From Octopus bimaculoides (Eukaryota), in assembly GCF_001194135.2 (NCBI RefSeq), contig NC_068987.1:66792383-66849974 (forward strand): DNA of 57,592 nt. Direction: 5' to 3'. Below are positions 52,051-57,592 of this stretch, in pieces; positions within the stretch are counted from its first letter, which is position 1; the number at the start of each line of letters is the position of its first letter. The notes beneath the pieces are model-generated. The model was not told the origin of the DNA and made no database searches. It was given only the letters and a program-made list of their open reading frames with translations. Position numbers and translations under genes: made by a program.

Positions 52051-54164
52051 AACTTTGAAAAATACTTAATATATTACCAGAGTGAAAATGTTAGTTTCAA
52101 GACATTTATATCAAACAAATCTCGGTACTAACAATTTTTTTGTGTCTTATATTTGTTCCGCTGCTAATCTTTTAAAATTTAGATACGAAACTCAAAGCCC
52201 AGTTAACAATAATAGATGCAATGATACGGTGCTTTTGGTAGAGTACAATTCTTAGCTAACTCGTAAGTAGAAATAAAAACGCATTCCATTCTTCCAAATC
52301 TGAAAGTAATATACCCCTCTTCGCGAATATTAACGTTTATATTTGCAGTATTAGCTTTACGCTTCATAACTTACTATTGTTTCTTTCTTCCTTTCTTCCT
52401 TTTCCTGTTCATTCTTCTTCCCTGAGCGTTCTATAATAATATACTCTAACGTATGATTTTATAAGAGTTGCTATTTTAGTGTATTTGCTCTGTTATAGTA
52501 AATATAGCTATGATAATATATATGTTAATATATATCATTACAGCATTACCGAAGAAGTGATTTAACATGTATGTTTCACTAGATTACGTAACAAAAATAC
52601 ATGCCAATAACGGTGCTATTCGACTTAAGTTATTTTTTCCATCCCCTGTGTTTCCCTTCTAAAGCCAGCACAATTTTAACAATTACCTCCCAAAAGAGCC
52701 ACATTCCGTTCACAAGCACAAATTGACAAACATATTAAAACTATATTAAACCCTCAATCGTACAGATATGTGTATTTCCTTTCCAGTTACGAGCAATTTT
52801 CTTCCATTGTAAGCCCTGATATGTACAGATACACAGAGACCAAAATATGGTTTTAAGATTCTTAATTCAGATTTCTCTGTTTAGATTTACATTTTCGTAT
52901 ATTCACGGCCTGTATGTCACCTCAATTTAAAACTCTTCATATTGGGGTCCTGCATAGCTGCAAACCAAAAGAATAGAATCAGCAAATAAAGAAACATCAT
53001 CCCTCGGATACAAGAAATATGGAATACTTTTAGGTATTTGCTTATTGTTTACCGTATCTTTTCTAAAACAGTGAAATAAAACATTCTATCCGGCACAACA
53101 ATCCAACTGGGATGTTGTTTAACATGTATTAAATAACATTAAGCTTTACAAAATATTAAAGTTAGCATGACTGTTTGTCTATGAGCAAATTAAAGAAAAC
53201 AATTAAAATTTCTAAATTAATATAATCGCCAAATGAAATTCGTTGGCAAAAAGGTTAATTAAAACCAAGATCAACGAAAAAGGAGAAAAAGAAAAAGACG
53301 CAATAAATATCATGGAAATTCCTTCATCGACAAGTATCGTCTGTATTGAATTGAAGCCCAGTATTACAGAGAAGTCAGACTGCAATGGTAGGAAACTCAT
53401 CACAACGTATAAAACAAATCAGCCAGAGGCAGATGTCCACAAGCTGTATATATAAAATGAAATTGGTTGGCAGAGTTCAAGTACAAACAGAAGCCAATTA
53501 TAAAACTGTCACATTAGAATGAATGCACACCTCAAGCAAAGTAAAAACGAACTGATGCCAATAAGATGAATAAAAGACACCGAAAAGCATTTAACTCCAG
53601 TGTCAAATACACCGACATAATAATAATAATAATCACCACCATCATCATCATAATAATAATAATAATAATAATCACCATCATCATCATCATTATTATTATT
53701 ATTATTTATTAGTCACAAGAGCTCGATGATAGACAGACAAATACAAAGAAACGTCGAACAGCATCCTTTAAAAGACACGTGAGGTGGTCCGAACAAGTTA
53801 TAAAATGACGAGAGGTGGGGTGACAGATGTTATACAATATGTAAATGGGCGAATTAATAATTTATTAAAAAAACACAAATATTTGCACAGGATAATTATA
53901 ACAAGCTATCTACAAACAAATTAAACGTTCATTTGTCCTTTTGCGCTTATTAGGGCACATCTCGTTCTTAACAAAGCATCTACTCTACTTCCTTCAATCA
54001 TTATTCGTAGACGGAGATCTCAATATTGTCCCTTGAGGAGGTTTTTTGTTGTAGTGTACAAATGTAGTGAACAAATGTGAACAAATGTGAACAAATGTAG
54101 TGAACTAATATTAATTGAAACAGCATATTAGGACCTATTTCCTATAAGTAATACCTCAAGCAAG

Positions 54165-54495
54165 GTTCAGTGTTTAATGCGTTGGCGCTCACAATCACGA
54201 GGTAGTGAGTTCGGATCCCAGACCGGGCTGTGTGTTGTTTTCTATAGCAAGACACTTTATTATTTCACGTTGCTACAATTCACTGAGATGTAGAAATGAA
54301 TTGCGACGTCATTGGTGCCAAGATGTACCGGCCTTTGCTTTCTCTTGGACAATATTGGTGGCGTGGAGAGGGGTGTCTGGTATGCATGAGCAACTGCTTC
54401 TCTTTAATAAACAAACTTGCCCGGACGTGTGCTTCGGTGGAAGGGGGAAACTTTCTCTGCGCAATCCCATGGTCATTGATGACCGAAAGGGATCT
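54165..54495 (+). mobile_element. tRNA-headed SINE (family C)
   Basis: B-box gagttcggatcc, central gtgtgttg..agcaagacacttta, GC-richer body ending atcccatggtcattgatgaccgaaaggg, then microsatellite. Confidence 0.6.
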
Positions 54496-55113
54496 TTTAT
54501 ACATACATACATGCATTGGTCGATCGATCCATCGATCGATCCATGCTAGGAGTTGTACTAGCTGCGCTGCAGCTGCTGCTACTGATGATAATGATGATGC
54601 TGTTCTGTAGATAAGCCTTCACCCTCGTCAGTTGTGGCAGTGAGAGGGGTATCTTGGGTCACAGAATTTGGTCTTGGCAATGAGTAGAGGACAATATAAT
54701 CTGTCCGTCACGCGTATGTCTTCGAATCTAACCCTCTCATCCGTCGAAAAAGTTAGAAGCGCAGACAGACACACACACACACACACACACACCACCCCCG
54801 CCAAGTATACATATTTTTAGTTTTTGTCTTAAAATAATTTTATTCTCAAACGCAGCATAATGCTAATAATATAGCATGAACAGGATAAACTACCCATATT
54901 TTGCAGAAAAAGCACTGGACGCGGAATCACAAGGATGTGAGTTCGAGTCTCAAGGGTGGCCGCCGACACATTTTTCTGAAAAATATGGCTAATTTATCCT
55001 GTTCATGGTATATTATTAGCATTATCCTGCGTTTGAGAATAAAATCATTTCCTTATCTTTCAATATATCTCAACGCTTCTAGAGCAAACTTTGTCTACTT
55101 TCATCGTAATTTG

Positions 55114-55174
<61 letters not shown>

Positions 55175-55730
55175 TAATATTTTCAGTCACTCAACTGCAA
55201 GCTTGTTGTGGCTGCACTTTGAATATTTCAGCTGATCAAATCACTACCAGTAGATAATTTTAAGTTTATACTTATTATATCGGTTTCTTCTGAGCATACT
55301 GTTAAGTAACAATGACGCAAACAAATCAACATCAGTTATATGCCGAGGATCCATATCAAATACAAACAACAATACACATGCACACACACACACATACACA
55401 ACACATACACACATAAACAAATATATATATATATGATTTGTTTAATTAATAGTGACAGAAACAATATTAGTACAAAATGGTAACCTGCATATCTAAACTG
55501 AATACTGCGTGATCCTCTCATATAGGAACTCGATGCATCAAAGGCCATACATAGATCGTTGCAGACAAGAATTGGCTGTCATTGACGTGAAAACACCCAT
55601 ATCAGTGGAAGATGTCCGGTCACCACATGCCTGTTGAATCTCGGTGTCACAACATGTAGAATATCAGCATCTTTTCAGACACTGATGTTGCAAATAGCCA
55701 CCGGGCATATTAAAAATTTTATAAATACAT

Positions 55731-55862
<132 letters not shown>

Positions 55863-56592
55863 AGTGGAACTCTACCATTCTTTTTTTCTTATTCTTGACC
55901 ATTTCATCTCTTCAAAACTTTTTTCTGTATAAATTTTTACGCGTGTGTGGGCCAAAGTACCTGTTTACTATATATATAGAAAAGTGTCCCCTGCTTCATA
56001 TTCACAAAGACACTGCCCCTAAAGTCAGCATTCATGTACATTAAATCCCCGTCTTTCTTCCCAGCCCTTCACTTTCTCCTAAATATTCGATTTCTTCATC
56101 ACCAACTTTTCTTACTTACTGACCATATTTCTTCAAGCACTTCCCTTTTTTATGTTTTGTTGTTTTCGCCACTCATTTCAAATGAAATTTTCAGTGAGTT
56201 AACTTGAGATTTCTTAACGACAATGTAACCTTCATATGATTAATGTATCTTAGGCGTAAAGAGTAGCAAGTTGAGTATTCTCGTTGAGTAAGGATTATTG
56301 CACCAGAGGATCTGCTAGCTAGGAAACATTTTTAAACTGGATTTTGCTTGCTCTACGCCCCCAATTTGGATTCTTATTCACGTTCATAGCAACTCAAGTT
56401 GCTAACCGCAAGCTATAATAATGTTTTCACATTATCGAACTTCGATATGAGATTAGACTACAACTACGCCACTAAACTATTACTCTTCCTCAACGTTATT
56501 TTCTATACCTACTACGGACACCTCGACGCTTACAAATGTCCTAGACTTAGATACTTGGATCTTGAAATTACATATCATTATACATATATGTA

Positions 56593-56656
<64 letters not shown>

Positions 56657-56657
<1 letters not shown>

Positions 56658-57335
56658 CCTCTGTATTCAGAACATCTATGTAGGTAGCAGAGTTTACTCG
56701 AAGACCTTGTGGAAAGAAGTGAGGAGACATCACATGTCCTTTATTGCTGACAACCCCCAAAACCATGACAGTTTCAGAGAATTTTGCATGCATTACTCTT
56801 GGAACTTCTGAAGGACCTGTGCATAGCCATCTGTCATTTCATCTGTTTACTTTCTGATTTTGATCAATGTTTTTCTTGTCTGAGAAGATCCAAATGACAT
56901 CTTTCTCTGCTGCATTTTTAAGTTTATTCAGGAGTCTTTTAGATCTGATTAAGCGATTTTCCTTCACTGTTTCTGATATGAAATGACCTCTTCTCATCGC
57001 ATAAGACTTGTGTCTGATGTCTTTGTGGACAACATTTCGGATTGTTCCTTCTTTTGCAATCATCCTCATGGATCTTCTGGGATTGTCATCAATGATCTGA
57101 TTTGCTTCTGGTGTTCCAATAGTATCCGTGCGTCTACAATGTTTCTTACATTTTGATACTAGCGATACATTTCTGTCTTTAGCTTCTAACCGCTTGCGTA
57201 TTTTGTAGACGAAGGATCTAGCGACTTTTAAAAGTCGTGCTATTTCTAAATTGCTTCGTTCAGCCTTTATAGTAATGATGACTGCGTGCCTCTTCCTTTC
57301 TTTTGTACTCATAGGTTCTTCCATTGATAATTCTG
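56657..57335 (-). mobile_element. Tc1-like (maT/DD37D-type) transposase 5' two-thirds, truncated at (TA)n
   Basis: KRHAVIITIKAERSNLEIARLLKVARSFVYKIRK (HTH); FSDKKNIDQNQKVNR*NDRW; VMVLGVVSNKGHVMSPHFFPQGLRVNSATYIDVL. Confidence 0.85.
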
Positions 57336-57435
57336 AAATATAGAAAACATTAACTTGATAAATATGCTGCTATAATAAAAATAACATATGTCCTCAAATA
57401 CCTTACACACCGTGTGTATATATGTGTGTGTGTGG

Positions 57436-57476
<41 letters not shown>

Positions 57477-57592
57477 AGCAACAGCGAACAAATGAGAGAG
57501 CCTAGATTTGAATAAATGAATGTCAACTTTGCTGTCCATCCATTTTGGTTATTAAGTAAAGCACCAGCTTAAGGCGGTGGATTAATGGTATA

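Noticed and set aside
54905-54950. tRNA gene (B-box gagttcgagtc)
   Set aside because: No A-box or acceptor stem. At most a decayed SINE head.

Overview
Eukaryotic, AT-rich, microsatellite-saturated scaffold sequence with 12 N-gaps. The repeat families resemble those I recall from octopus (cephalopod) genomes; this is an inference, not a database result. I found no intact host gene, rRNA, functional tRNA or CRISPR array. Most ORFs in the track are microsatellite or N artefacts. The real coding signal comes from decayed transposons: four Penelope-like (GIY-YIG) remnants, L1/Tx1, CR1-group, RTE and R4/Dong LINE pieces, two near-full-length mariners, Tc1/maT-like fragments, a Tc1/mariner MITE and several tRNA-derived SINE families. 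The most notable signal is non-coding, a cluster of hammerhead-ribozyme (HHR) motifs. (i) A ~358-bp tandem-unit array at 18296-19557 has a minimal type-I HHR in two units, covarying hairpins and an inverted partial unit, i.e. a candidate non-LTR retrozyme or Penelope pseudo-LTR relic. (ii) A ~160-bp dispersed element (17962-18125 minus, 38445-38600 plus) folds into a minimal HHR with a non-canonical CUGUNGA core. All ribozyme calls come from manual folding, and no activity has been tested.
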